64,000 nt of DNA from Oopsacas minuta (Eukaryota; Animalia; Porifera). The translations under genes were made by a program, and so were the position numbers. The notes below the pieces were generated by a model, which saw only the letters and a list, made by a program, of their open reading frames with translations, did not search any database and was not told where the DNA came from. Numbering within the stretch: position 1 is the stretch's first letter; each line of letters begins with the position of its first letter. Shown here one piece after another: positions 15,001-25,990 of the stretch. The DNA lies in NCBI GenBank assembly GCA_024704765.1, contig JAKMXF010000347.1, forward strand, positions 1-64,000. The letters run 5' to 3'.

Positions 15001-18000
15001 GCTGTAGATCTGCTTTGAGTTTACAAGTAACTTCTCTATTCTGTATTATCAACTGATTTTCTAGAATATCTATAAATTGATGTTTAGGGAGATTCTTGTC
15101 GTATAATAGAGGAGTACGTCGTGTCGGTTCTTCTCCCTTCTCACGGATAACCTGTAGGTACTCTACATCTCCATTAAGAGGACCCCCTAGCCCAATCAGC
15201 TGTCGAATAAGAATTGAATTAGGATCAAGTTTCTGGTGTAATGTAGTAACTAGGTTATCATAGAAGCTGGAGTAATAGTCTGTCTGTAACATTAGTATCC
15301 TTTGAAAGGTGTTAAGTAACACTGGAAGTAGAGACTCATGATGCCACTGTTCGTACACGTCACATGCCCTCAGGGCTAGTACATAAGAGTTGTGTGCTTC
15401 AACCATTTCTCGAGATTTTGTGAGAAATGACTTCTTCATTTTGTCCTGTTTAGCACCGCGTACCATAGCAGTAGAGTACATACTCTTAGCATTATCAACC
15501 TCTTTATGAAGATCACAGTAGTGACGTCTGCTCTCCTCCATCTTACGTGTATAAGTATGTCTCTCTTTCTCTAGATTGCGAGATTGTGTAATGTACAGTT
15601 CTTTAACTGATTTCTTGCTTTTGATCAGGCTTAGGATAGAGGGAATAGTTTCCTTATTTAGTGTTGTTATACTCTGAGCAATAGTATCGATATATTGCTG
15701 TGAAGTATCTATAAAGCTGGGGAATGTAACAAAGGTCTCTCTGCCTATATCCGGCTGAGAGAGAGGAGAGTTAATGGAATGTTTCTCATGAAGATCTTGT
15801 AATGTCTTATAATATGTAGTCTCTATCTTAGTTCTATCCTCCAAATATCTCTTCCAGTTTCTAAGATATGTTATTTCCTCCTCCATCATCTTAGATATCG
15901 TATCTATACCGGATTTATGTGCTAAACTCCTACCGAAGTTCGGTTCAGGCGGTGAGAAGTCATTAACCTCTACTTTCTTAAGAGAGGATCGTCTGTCTTC
16001 TATCGTGGGGGGTAGTAACATATTCTTTGGTACAACTGACTGCATGAGGTATGGATCATTACTGTCTAGGTATCCGAGACCGTCTGACGATGACATGTCT
16101 GTTGTGAAGTAATTATCTTTGGAGAAACTGCCCTGTTTGTGGGGGAAATTGGTGGGAGCACTGTTCTTTGTCGGTTTCTCAGAGCAATTACTAGACACAC
16201 GGACCACATCTGGGAGAGGTGTTATTTCCGGGTTAATCAGAGCGGAATTAGAGGGTGGTTTGATACTAGGAGAGGGTGGTTTGATGCTAGGAGAAGAATG
16301 GGTGGGAACAGAAACCATGGATGGATGAGGTCCGAACATATTGACTCCACCTTTTGGGGGTTTCTTAGGTACTACTGGGGGATTTGTTACTGTTGTCATT
16401 CTAAAGTGTAAAGTTATGAGATTAATAATATGTAACTAGCAGGTGTTAGCCTATACACCGGAATAATACACGGATATACAGAAATACCGATTATACCGAA
16501 GTGTTAATTATACAAAATTGTCCCAAACAGTAAATTAAAAGAATTTTATCGGTTTTATTGAAGTAATTCCGGAAACTACCAAAATCGTGAGATTTATGAT
16601 TTTGTATTAGTTTTCTATGAAAAGAGTAAAAAAAAGGATTATAGGGTAAGTTTGGGGCGAAATCGTAATAGTTGAAAGCACTGGTAATTATCACGGTCTA
16701 ATGAGTTCGTAACAGGAGTTGAATGTAATTCCTTTTGAGTATTGGAAAGAATTGAACCTACGAAGCATATCACCAGTACCACCTCAGAATCCATGAAGAA
16801 CTCAGAGTACAGACCGTGAGTCTCATGTATATGATGATAATGGAAAATAATTTACTTACGATGGGAATTCCCACATACCGTACCACAGAGAATCCTGTGG
16901 AATAGGAATGATAATTTCATTCCCACACAGCAACCCTGAATTCATCTAGCAATACTACAATAATTCTTCCCTAAATAAGCATATAATATTGTAACACTTC
17001 AAGATAGACAAAAACCAATGTGAGTTAGTTAGGGTATTATCCAACTGTATACTGTTAGAGAGGGGGGCGCCTCTTCCCCCACTCCTTTACTGGGACCGTA
17101 TTCACCCATGTATTCTAAGAAAAGCTTAATTTAAACAGGGAGCGCCACACCCACTTATTCATTAGGCATAACACCACTGCGAATAACCTCTAAGTGTAAG
17201 AAAATTTGGGCCAGACTCATTTATACATAACGTGGATTCTGCTTAATCGGGACACAATTTCATTTAGAATTTGAACCCAAAACATAGTAATAATACAGGG
17301 AGCGGACCGACACATCACTTTCAACCTGTTCTCCAGTATCTTTGGGCTTTGTCACGCAATACCAGTTATAAATTGCAAATTCATGTGTGATACAAATGAT
17401 ATTTATGTTTTGTCGGCTTTTTGAAACTCAAATTATGTAGAAGAACACAGAAATAATGAGGCATAAATAATAGCAGTCTATTTCCTATTTTAGGTCCCTA
17501 TCGACTTCAGATATTTTAAAATATTCAGCTGTACTTCTTTTGAAAGGGATGTCCCGCGCCTATAATACAAAATATTTCGGTTTCAGGAGTCGACTGTATA
17601 TCGTAATAGAAAATGTATTGACCTCTGATAACCTGAATGAAACACTGAGTTAGCATATTACCAGAAGTATGTATGCCACATGCATATAGCCACATTAACA
17701 TCACATACTTGCTACACTGAGTGAAGAAAGAAGCGGGACAGTTGGTAATATATAGCTAGACGTATGAATAGAATAACGATGCTATTAGTGTGTGACATAT
17801 ATAATGGGTGTTAAATAATGAAGATAACTTTATTAATTGTATTCTTAATACAGCAGTCTCACTTGTGAATATATATAATGAGACCAAGGATATGTAGTGT
17901 ATAAAACACCATGAGCTCATGAATAGATATCAATTGAGAAACCTATTGGTGGAGAGACCAGCTGGAGCTTTATTCACCAACAAAATCACTAAATGTGTAT

Positions 18001-21000
18001 ACTCTCTAGCTAGCTAGCTTTATATGCTAAAGACTCGGCTTAATAAGGACAGTTCAAACCAGGAGGCCATCTGAATTGAAAGGCAATTTAGTATTCATGA
18101 CGTCATAATGTTAACTTAATTAGTTACTCAACTTGAGTTACGTACATAGTCCATGATGAGACCAGTTAGCGGGCGAACCTTTGTTACATCAATCCTGGAC
18201 ACCAGAAATGTTTTCTCGCTCGCTCCCCGCTCGTCTAGAGAATCAATTCCTGACATATTTTAGTATGTATGTGAAAACTATTGTTTGAAATGTAATGACA
18301 TTTATGTCTGTCATGTTAATCAACAATATAATACTACAGAATTGCGAATTGATTGTCCAGACAGTCCCTGAGGTTGCCAGGTATGATAAGGCTCTTTGGA
18401 ACATGAAAATTTTGTAAATTTAACAATTATTGGTTATTGCAGGTGATTTTGTATTATCGGAAGCTACTTCAGACTAGAAGCGCCAGGTTCCAGTGTATTA
18501 CATTCATTGAGTATGCGGAATCAAATGCTAAACTAAGTAAGCAGAAGAGGTTACTAACGTCTAGTTAGGTTGAGTCATGTCATTCCCTCCAAATATTTAC
18601 AGAGGTACTCTCAGAGACAGGTGTCCTGAGAGGAATATTAGATAACATTAAAGAACTAAGCTAAAATTATAACGAGAATTAGACAATTGCACAGCCTACA
18701 AAACTAAAGCCAATCCACGGTATAGAATTTCATGGACCATGGGTTACTTCAAGTCTATTAAATTTGACTTTGGATTATATTTTTATCGATAAAACAAAAT
18801 CGGGGCATTTTGGCTCGAATAAATGTATTATTGATAGTTAATAAATTACAGAAGTCATATTATCCAACTATTTCCAGTTTGAAATGACGTCATCTGTTTG
18901 GTTAGAAGGGCAATATGTTGTTAAAAATGCACCATTTTTAACCTCTGATAAACGATCACTAGTGCGTCTTCGATTCCAGAATTAATATAAAGTGATTTAA
19001 GGATGTTTATACATGTAATGTAAAATTTTTGTAATTAGAAATTGTCACATAACTGAGTTATATTAGATACCATGGATGGCACTTATTTGGTAAAATCCCT
19101 TAATAACTCGATAATCGCTAGAGTTATTCTTAAATACTTATAATCAATATGTGCTATATACCCAAATTTCCATACCCTTGTAATACATTTTCATACGATA
19201 TCTCAAACCGGTGTGACATAATCGTGATTATGCCCATATTTGGTTATCAAGATTACGCAATGGTGTTTCAAGTTATCGTATGAAAATGTATTACAAGAGT
19301 ATAGGAAGTTTGGTATATTGTACATATTGGTTGGACTTATTTGATAATAACTCTAGCAACTATCGAGTTAAAAGTCGATATTGCCGAAATATGTGCCATC
19401 AATGGTACCTAATAACTCTTTATATATTATACGTATAAACATCCTTAGATCACTTGATATTAATTCTAGGATCGAAGACGCACTAGTAATCGTTTATCAG
19501 GGCATTAAAAGTGGTGCATTTTAACAACATATTGCCCTTCTAACCAAACAGATGACGTCATTTCAAACTAGTAATAGTTGGATAATATGACTTCTGTAAA
19601 TGTATTCATCGTGTTTATCAAGAAAATAGAATTAAAAAAAACTTCACTAAATATATCGAAAATGCTGAATCCGAATATGGTATTGTAAACAACATTTTGT
19701 GAATATTAGTTTACTTTCACGTACATAAAGTAAACAAAATTTAATATTATTGTAGAAATATGCTTTCAATGGTTATACTGAGATAATTGAGCATGCTGAG
19801 TCTGAATTAGATATTGTAAACAACAATTCATAAATATTTGTTCAATTTTGAGGTCATAAGTAAGCTGATTTAAAGATCATAGCAGCATCATGTTTGCTAC
19901 GGTTAAGATCATGAGTTTATGTACTCGATGGCCATACGAAATGTAGACACGAAGTGTTCGGAAACGGCGTATCGCGAGCAAGCAAACCGCGCTCGTATAG
20001 TAGAGATTATAATCCTTTAATTTTACAGGTAAGAGAGATTCTGTTTGATTGGCTACAGCTAGACAAGAAATGCGGGAAATCTCTTTACTTAACTCAGAAG
20101 CAGAGAGCTAAGAGTACTTCAGAACAGGTCCTAGAGTCTTTGAAGAGTACCCACCCTCTCCCCGGCCTAATTCTACAACACAGGAAGTTAAGTAAGCTCC
20201 TTTCCTTTCTACAGTCACTAATTCCTTTCATCATTAATCCTCAAAAGAGGCTGTACCCCTGCTGGCAACAGACTGGTGCTGCTACTGGTAGACTCAGTTG
20301 TAACAGTCCTAACCTACAAGTAATGTTCATTAGAGACACTAGAGATTAGAATGGGTGTTAGACAATAGTCAAGAACTCATACACTTGATTATCTAGGAAA
20401 TTCACTTCATATCCACAGAATTACGGCCACTGAGGGTCTGCAATTATTGTGGGTGTGGGTGGGTGTGTTTGTTTGTTTGTTGTTTGTCCACTTGTATTAT
20501 AATAATTAGGGGGAGATGATCTGCGTATATAATATAGTGAATAACATACATCCTTCTGTTGACGACATAGAAAAAATAATTACATTTGGATAATCGAGTA
20601 TGCTGATTTAATTTTCACACTATCGAATTAATCATATGCAAATTTATTTGTTGTTTTTATGAATATAAAGTAAACAAATAGTTGAAATCTCGAAATGAAC
20701 TTAGAGACTTGCTCACAACAGAGATATAGGGGTAATCAAGTACGCTGAATCCGAATTTCCCATTTTCAAGTTTCAATTGTAAATTTATTGTTGTTTTACG
20801 AATATAAAGTAAACAAATAGTTGAAATATGAAAATATACCTAGAGACTTGCTCTTATCGGTATGGATGGGTATCAAAGGATGCTGATTCCGAATTTCTCA
20901 CATTCAATTCTCTCTTATGCAAATTCTTTACTCTTTTTTGAAAATATAAAAGTAAACAAATAGTTGAAATCTTCATCTATTAATTCAATTTTGCAATTTA

Positions 21001-23815
21001 TACTATGCAAAATTTGAGGCACGAAGTGTCGAACCCTATGCGAACACAGTGTTCTCAAGCCGCGCAACGCGAGCAAGCAAAGCGACTGGTATATGCTAAT
21101 ATACTAAGTCAACCATTTTAGAACTGAGACACTATATTATGTAATTGTATTAGTTGGCACAGTAAAATTTCAATCGTAAATAGCATGAGTGTAAATCTGG
21201 ACATAAGCTTCAGGGCCGCATGGACATTTCCAGATGCCGGAAGGTTTACTATACCAATGACTAGCAGGTATGTGATTTGTATTTATATTCTGTATATAGG
21301 GAGTACCCAAGAAGAGCATACAAGTAGAAGGAGAGGACATAAACATCCGTAGCGTATTCACTAGTCGTAAGAACTATACTCTACTGTCAGTAGATTTCAG
21401 ATCTATAGAGCTTAGAATAGTTGCATTCCTATCTCAAGAAGAATCACTATGCAGCGTGTTTAACAGGAAACAAACAGAATCTGGTAAAGCGTTTTATACA
21501 AATACTTTCATTTCTTAAATTACAGAATCTCATACTGTACAATCCTCGATTTCTTTTCATTTATCCTGGCTACCGACGCAAGCATTGTGATCTAATTCCT
21601 CCCGATTTAACCGGATATCTCAGAGTTTACTTAAATATTTATTTTAATTTCTTACTTTATAACCCTCTGATTTGGTAGGTATTCTCCTGACTTCGTTTGT
21701 ATATGCGTCGTGAGCCATTAATCCAGAATTAATCTCTTTTATTCCTATATTTTACTTATTACAGATTTTCTTTAAGTCCAAAGACAAGCAAAAACGGTTA
21801 AGAATCACCTCATTTGTCAGTGTTAACTCAAAGGCTTTAAGGCAGTGGTTCTCAACCTGGGGTCCGTGGACTCCATAAAATGGATCAAAGAGGTCCGCGA
21901 AAGAAAAAAAGTTGAGAACCAATGCTCTAAGAAATTCACAGATTTTTCCTTTTTTCAGACCTATCCCCCTGGAAAAATAACATTTTGAGTGCCTCCCAGA
22001 GGAATCTATATGAAATACCTCACGAGGGTCCGGCCCTGGTTAGAACTCCAAATTTGGTGTTGCCTCTAAGTGTGACAGTATCGAACTAGGATAAGACATC
22101 GCTCTTCCCGAACTTAGAGTAATTACTATCCGAATAGGGTTTGAATGAAATGAACAGAAACGAATATTTATGTTTTCAGAGTATTACACATTTCTTATGT
22201 GTACTCTTGTCAAGTTTCGTTGGGTAACTAAAAAGCAATCCAATGATACTAGCATGAAGACAGCTTAGAGATAGCTATGCGCAAAATAATATTGTGTACA
22301 ATTGTTAAAATTACGAAATACTAGACCCACCCATTATTCTGCCCATTCTAGAAGATATGAGAGATGTGGTTGGAACTTCGAAATATATCTATTTTCAGTT
22401 AAATGTAGCATATTATATCAATGTATACTGTGTATAGAGATTCCTGAGATACAGAATGGCAGAGACATCTTCACAGAGCTAACAACACGATGGATAGGTA
22501 TACCATACGATACAGTAAGCATAACAGACAGAGAGACCACTAAACGAATGGTATATGGTGTAATATATGGAATAGGTCGAGATAAATTATCTGAGTATCT
22601 TATGGTGACACCACAAGAGGCTCAGGATAGGATAGATAATTTCACAAACACTTTTCCTAAAGTCAAACTATTCATGAATAATGTCAAGAAGATCTGTCAT
22701 AAGTATGGTTATGTTACAACTCTATTGAGAAGGAAGAGATTTTTACCTCATGTAACAGCTGGTAACATTCAAACTAGAATGTATGCAGAGAGACAAGCTG
22801 TTAACTTTGTTGTACAAGGTATAGTATTTGACAAACTTCCCTCCTTGTGTCATGTTTATTCACTCTTTTGTACAGTGGAAGCTGCTTAATCGGGAAAACT
22901 GAGAAGTCAATATTTTGTCCCGTTTAGGCGATTATTTAGATATTCAAGAGTATTTTTCGTGGTCTCTTAACCAGAAATATCTTAATCACCACTACTATAT
23001 ATCATTGCTATAGGGCCTAACAAAATGAGTCGTTGTACTATGCATATAATGTTAAGGTTACGTAAACTATGCAATTTCCTTGTTAGAAAAACAAATCTTT
23101 TACAAGTGATTCTGAATTTATATCTCGATTTCATTAAAAACTTTTGATACCCATAACTAGAATCGCTTAAATGGGATAGAAATCCTAATTAGCAATTATA
23201 CTTTTCAAATTTTCGTTTTATCTGGAATTCTGGATAGAAGTCCCAAGTATTAGCGATAATAATTTTCAAAATATTGGATAATCGGGATAAGAAATCCCGA
23301 TTAACCGATTCGATCTCCCAATTATCAGATGTTATTTGTATGTAAAATATCTGTCCCCAAAACATTGTCCCGTTTAAACGGTTTCCATTGTATTGCAAAA
23401 AGTATGGGATATCACACTTCGCATACCACCAGTCCGCCAATCTCCCCTGGCAACGTTAAGTAAGGTTTGAACTACAAATTTGGGTACTTTAGCTTGGATA
23501 TATAACACTGAATTATCCCTTACAGGTCTAGCAGCAGATCTGTGTAAAGTAGCTATGATTAAGCTATGCAATAGATTCAGTATAGAGACAGGACTTAATA
23601 CTAAGCTACTAGTACAGATACATGATGAGATATTATTCGAGGTAGCAGATCAACAGCTACAAGATACAGTGGATATTGTTTATGAGATATTAGAGAATGA
23701 TAGATTGTTGGAAGGATTTGTTGATTTTATTCTACCACTTGAGGTTAAGGTGTTAACAGGAAAGAGTTGGGGAATAATGCAAGAGATTGTGTATAAGAGA
23801 AAGGAGATGGATTAA
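1..23815 (+). CDS. POLN: DNA polymerase nu (family A), 5' partial, spliced; exons <1-540, 1056-1324, 2451-2752, 4345-4728, 20029-20319, 21300-21483, 22438-22818, 23526-23815
   Basis: All seven introns are GT-AG and the phases join in frame. The product has YFTLIFSDGSSQL, DVKVAGWLLDSD, FQLTSPAQVREILF, WQQTGAATGRLSCNSPNLQGVPK, motif A DFRSIELR, motif B DRETTKRMVYGVIYG, QAVNFVVQGLAADLCK and motif C VQIHDEILFEV. The DGSxQL block and NLQGV favour POLN over POLQ. Confidence 0.85.
2787..3348. mobile_element. Putative Tc1/mariner(pogo)-type MITE with imperfect TIRs
   Basis: Left end tacagtagatgccggatataagca and right end ttataaccggcatccggtatctgta form an imperfect inverted pair with TA at both ends. 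Confidence 0.4.
6743..8152 (+). CDS. MFS sugar-porter family transporter (SLC2A6/8, Tret1-like), intronless, nested in POLN intron 4
   Basis: The 469-aa ORF has about 12 hydrophobic segments and sugar-porter motifs GRVLTG, YMVEVC...RFYG, PQSPTWL (PESPxWL) and GWGTIAWTVYADIF. The likely start is the Met at 6782/6785. Confidence 0.85.
   Translation: MGYKYTIIKINVFMMADVSVESQPLIPARRIHYSKLRSYLIQFVSINALCLGYILYGWVISFTSPTESELMSIGLFNTLSFSLFSSLSLFGFSSFITSLFAKQWSCKFILMITTLCGGLGWILIIISNDIYSMILGRVLTGVHIGACMGLSMSYMVEVCNEKQQRFYGALILLPSAVALVFLYLLANYFSYRWLGVFGLIGIVLQAVLLMFSPQSPTWLLYMGFNLSAKETMIWIHGEDFDVEGEVKRIEQQISKSNEQNSYLSLSGFCRWKTIRPILIACSLQGFKGFSGQPVYYSYAASLFSRTSFNPDISALPYPILLSVGTLISVLLASHVSRKKILLVTTFMQAIANFTFFLYFMLSTHITVCTGSGSIPCVLLSIWPILSLCLYSLFYTIGWGTIAWTVYADIFDPNYKEVSAGIVTLFYALVMTCIVFIFPNFIASFGEWPFFLLLTLECVAGLCFEYFIFK
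8330..8545. repeat. Dispersed repeat, inverted copy of 44215-44480, containing the perfect palindrome aactggtcc-a-ggaccagtt
   Basis: Shared blocks seen as reverse complements or direct matches (atatactctggtataa, cgggtatattctggg, gtcggccataactggtccaggaccagtt). Confidence 0.65.
9060..9208 (-). mobile_element. 5' fragment of a non-autonomous Helitron-like family (same family as 10635-11090)
   Basis: Its reverse complement is near-identical to 10637-10757 (ctgtattattaaatcttaattgttgtttg...gtcaaggaaaggatttacggtatgca). Confidence 0.65.
9302..10027 (-). CDS. Secreted 241-aa protein of unknown family, possible HNH-like nuclease/toxin; intronless, nested in POLN intron 4
   Basis: Clean ORF with a hydrophobic signal peptide (MNLLLTSCLLILSLCQVDT), N-glycosylation sequons (NLT, NHT, NGT) and motif-like blocks ARHHVDPW, WLPGNLFIGP and RSDDPGDGFE. 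The function is inferred only. Confidence 0.7.
   Translation of the reverse strand: MNLLLTSCLLILSLCQVDTTYAPQRVRLDYPSNGRPDSPYRTTLPCYNKNLTQMTPCGGNDYINTARHHVDPWSTIRTFWNSVIMNSNHTSNGMSTVWTQYIKLYPQADVDTDPNVIPLVKGIQAGTIVHDATAQYPEGYEDFMQFLAWLPGNLFIGPQDRSDDPGDGFETTAYVVIGRIRWGYLQKTYDYMKIYRNTDSVSTVKKNMLQLASAINGIIAPYPLKGQNWERNSNGTYRLKT
10635..11090 (+). mobile_element. Non-autonomous Helitron-like element
   Basis: Starts a|TCtgtattatt, followed by a TG-rich tract. Internal subrepeats gctgaatccga..taaatttattgttgttttt recur at 19620-20003, 20436-21100 and 58679-59880. It ends with the GC hairpin gagcc-aaa-ggctc. Confidence 0.6.
12424..12736. mobile_element. Tc1/mariner(pogo/Tigger)-type MITE
   Basis: Ends are ta|cagtaaactccagttataacgaa and ttcgtattaacgaggtttcactg|ta. 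The same terminus occurs inverted at about 27820-27845. Confidence 0.55.
13424..16399 (-). CDS. FER: FER/FES-family non-receptor tyrosine kinase (F-BAR, SH2, kinase), intronless, nested antisense in POLN intron 4
   Basis: 991-aa ORF. It has an FCH/F-BAR helical region (AHNSYVLAL), an SH2 domain (WYFGEISRDEAEKLL..GDYLVRYS) and kinase motifs GKGNFG, VAIK, HRDLAARN, DFG and PIKWTAPE. FER versus FES cannot be resolved for an invertebrate co-orthologue. Confidence 0.92.
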   Translation of the reverse strand: MTTVTNPPVVPKKPPKGGVNMFGPHPSMVSVPTHSSPSIKPPSPSIKPPSNSALINPEITPLPDVVRVSSNCSEKPTKNSAPTNFPHKQGSFSKDNYFTTDMSSSDGLGYLDSNDPYLMQSVVPKNMLLPPTIEDRRSSLKKVEVNDFSPPEPNFGRSLAHKSGIDTISKMMEEEITYLRNWKRYLEDRTKIETTYYKTLQDLHEKHSINSPLSQPDIGRETFVTFPSFIDTSQQYIDTIAQSITTLNKETIPSILSLIKSKKSVKELYITQSRNLEKERHTYTRKMEESRRHYCDLHKEVDNAKSMYSTAMVRGAKQDKMKKSFLTKSREMVEAHNSYVLALRACDVYEQWHHESLLPVLLNTFQRILMLQTDYYSSFYDNLVTTLHQKLDPNSILIRQLIGLGGPLNGDVEYLQVIREKGEEPTRRTPLLYDKNLPKHQFIDILENQLIIQNREVTCKLKADLQLANEEHQRNKQSKHTELTYMDKAITSTQGGHKPISAYPFDINELCRNFASIMLEMQMESYKQDICLIQLKLVEGVLGATDGVDLDDNTILDRAFPQRAQHGRTMGSTASIDVSKNPIKRGGSFTESPRDKPPLVHRPTTPPEPMNPGRGTADIPIELEAWYFGEISRDEAEKLLLYDGDYLVRYSSGQKGFVISTKFKGATKHFVVKKENGLYMFNKQGFLSIRCLLEHQQAEKQPLIGEFYLIRAITREGDKWEITEKDLDIMDRIGKGNFGYVYKGYMRSRGSHVAIKMCKSDALTDQDEFLREAEILKQYRHHNIVEFIGVSQQAESIYIIMELMSGGDFLTFLRNKSIREKKYILSNMILDVAGGMDYLSSKDCVHRDLAARNCLIGEGKCVKISDFGMSRQLSEGEYQMSTVNKPLPIKWTAPEALHKGLYTCQSDVWSYGILLWETFSSGSTPYPGMDSKTAIEKLETGYRLPAPSGTPQPIYAMMLQCWEYNPQTRPRFSEIHSTLKSISHDLRAKNI
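18849..19596. mobile_element. Foldback-type non-autonomous DNA transposon, ~750 bp, with ~350-bp imperfect inverted arms
   Basis: Left cagaagtcatattatccaactat...gaaatgacgtcatctgtttggttagaagggcaatatgttgtt is mirrored by aacaacatattgcccttctaaccaaacagatgacgtcatttc...gataatatgacttctg. Flanks are taaatta and taaatgt. Confidence 0.85.
19620..20003 (+). mobile_element. Degraded copy of the non-autonomous Helitron-like family
   Basis: aacttcactaaatatatcgaaaatgctgaatccga matches 10756-10790; a GC-rich 3' end gcgagcaagcaaaccgcgctcgtatagt is present. Confidence 0.5.
20436..21100 (+). mobile_element. Copy of the non-autonomous Helitron-like family with three internal tandem subrepeats
   Basis: Three copies of gctga(a/t)tccgaattt...aaattt..ttgtt....gaatataaagtaaacaaatagttgaaat, a TG-rich 5' part and a GC-rich 3' part. 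Confidence 0.55.
21843..21924. mobile_element. hAT (Charlie-like) mini-MITE
   Basis: TIRs cagtggttctcaac / gttgagaaccaatg with a degenerate 8-bp TSD (ctttaagg / ctctaaga). Related copies lie at 27846-27929 and about 61647-61802. Confidence 0.7.
22873..23390. mobile_element. Tc1/mariner-type MITE in POLN intron 7
   Basis: Ends are ta|cagtggaagctgcttaatcggga and tgtcccgtttaaacggtttccattg|ta. The ttaatcggga motif recurs at about 1485, 1775 and 17244. Confidence 0.6.
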
Positions 23816-24699
23816 TGAGATGAATTAATGTATTCTGATAGATCTGTATTGTTAATTCTATAATCAATATCCTGTGTAATATTTATTGATTGTAATATGC
23901 TGTATAGAAATACAGTCAAATCTCACTAAGATTTTGTTAGAATTGTGGTTTCCGGTGAGATAAGGCAATTATTAATGAAATTGTATTAGAACCTGCTGTA
24001 CTGGGATATTATAAGACAGGTTGCTTTACAATTAGAATGAAGGGCGGATTTGTATTGGAGTATATAGCACAGAGTTGTAGGCGGGCTAGCCGGGAAATAC
24101 TCCCATTATTACGGACATTAAACTGCTTAGCACAACCCTACAGTGTAAGATTATTGTTTGAATTATCAAGAATTACTTTGAATTGTGGAAGCACCTTTCC
24201 ACCCAGGGCCCCCTGCCAGAGGAGGATCACAGACCCATAAATGGTTGGGGAACATAGGTTGGGGAACTCTGAGTTAGACAACATAGATTGGAACTACAAA
24301 AATATCTACTAGCCATTAAACAATCTTAGATCGCATTTGGTATTATATTAATTTATTCACAACCTATACAAGTTGGCCTAATTTAATATATTTCCATGAG
24401 AAATTCTCTTAAGTACATCAACTTATGCTTCAGCAGTTCTTATTGCTAAAATAGAAATATTCTCTAATGATTATTGCATAAATAAGGTTAATCATATTTT
24501 GACACCTTTGATAATGATAAATATTGTATAATATATGAATTATCAAAAAGTCCATATTTTCATATTTTTATCGCCGAATTTCAAGGAGGAATATACAAGA
24601 AATGATTAGAATAACAAATTGAAACTGATAGCTAATACAGCATAGCAACTAATACTATACAAGGAATGTGAGTAGTTATAACTGGAACTAATTTACATG

Positions 24700-25990
24700 T
24701 GGAAAGGCATTTGACCTAACACATCCGTAATTCCGTGAGAGAATAGTCTCTTAAGAGAGATCAAGGAAATTGAATTATTCCTCGTGCATGAAGGATGGCC
24801 GGTGCACTAAAGACTGTCCAAAGCGTTTAGTGAAGGAAGCCCAATCTAGTAATGACGGATAACCGAAATACAGGAGAAGAGCACCTGAAGATGGTGGTTT
24901 CACCGCGACCATTCAAAAGAAGAAATCAAGAACACATCATGCATCACTGTTGACAATAAATGGGTAGTCAGTTACAGTCCTCTGTTATGCAAGACATTTG
25001 GTGCCCATATCAACGTGGAATATTGCAACTCAATAAAGTCCATCAAGTATGTGTGTAAATATACATCAACAAAGGAACAGACCAGGAAATATTTACACTA
25101 CAGTCAGAAAGAGATGAAATTACTGAGTACCAACAAAGACGCTACATTAGCAGCAACGAAGCACTCTGGAGATTATTTAGCTTCCCGATCCACGAACGAT
25201 ATCCAACTGTGGTACATTTGAGTATTCATTTAGAGAACGGCCAGCGTATCTACTTCACACAAGATAGTTTACACCGACAGTTAGAAGCTCAAGCAAATTC
25301 TACCCCTACTGCATTCTTCAAAGTTTGCCAAAACCTTACCCTATGTCAATGTTCCGAAGTACTACACATGGTACCATAGCACTAAAAGGTTCACACGATG
25401 CACCCAAGGAGCAGAAGTAGAGGGATTTCCTGGAATCAAGGCAAGTGATACTCTTGGCAGGGTGTACACAATCCACCCCAACAACTTTGAGTGCTTCTGC
25501 CTGAGAATGTTGTTACGCCACGTTTATGGTCCTACCATATTTGAAGATTTGAGAACTGTAGATGGACACATTTGTCAGACATACAGAGAGGCATGTAACA
25601 AGAGAGGTCTGCTGGAGGATGATTCCCACTGGATGATACATTAACAGAAGCAGCTGCCACTGACTCCCCGACCAAACTCAGATACCTATTTGCTATCATG
25701 CTAACAACATGTGGATTGCCCAATCCAAAAGAACTGTGGGAAACTCACAAGGACAGCATTTCAGAACATGTGCTCCGTCGGTTTCAGCAGGACAACTCTA
25801 CCATTGAAGCCATACATACTGTAGCCATCTATAGCATTGCACTGCAAAAGCTTGAGGAATTAGTTCTGACCCTCAGTGACAAGTTTTTGTGAGATTTTGG
25901 AATACCATCTCCAGAGTATTCCAATAACACCACCACAAATCGGGACCTCTAGCGAGCAACAAGCTACTGCATTGAAGATCTAGAATCATT
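24700..25990 (+). pseudogene. Helitron Rep/helicase relic with stops and frameshifts
   Basis: Fragments CMKDGRCTKDCPKR...DG*PKYRRR, NVEYCNSIKSIKYVCKY, HLENGQRIYF and GRVYTIHPNNFECFCLRMLLRHVYGPTIFEDLRTVDG...YREACNKRGLLEDD are classic Helitron Rep-region motifs. Confidence 0.9.

Noticed and set aside
14544-16411. Plus-strand ORFs overlapping the kinase, and similar short antisense ORFs in the transporter, PRPSAP, UTP3 and RNF213
   Set aside because: Shadow ORFs of strong coding sequence.
1-23815. POLQ identity, or separate genes for each polymerase exon ORF
   Set aside because: The exons join in phase into one polymerase with POLN-specific blocks, and the POLQ polymerase-domain inserts are not evident.
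24037-24240. 67-aa ORF downstream of POLN
   Set aside because: No recognisable motif or splice support.
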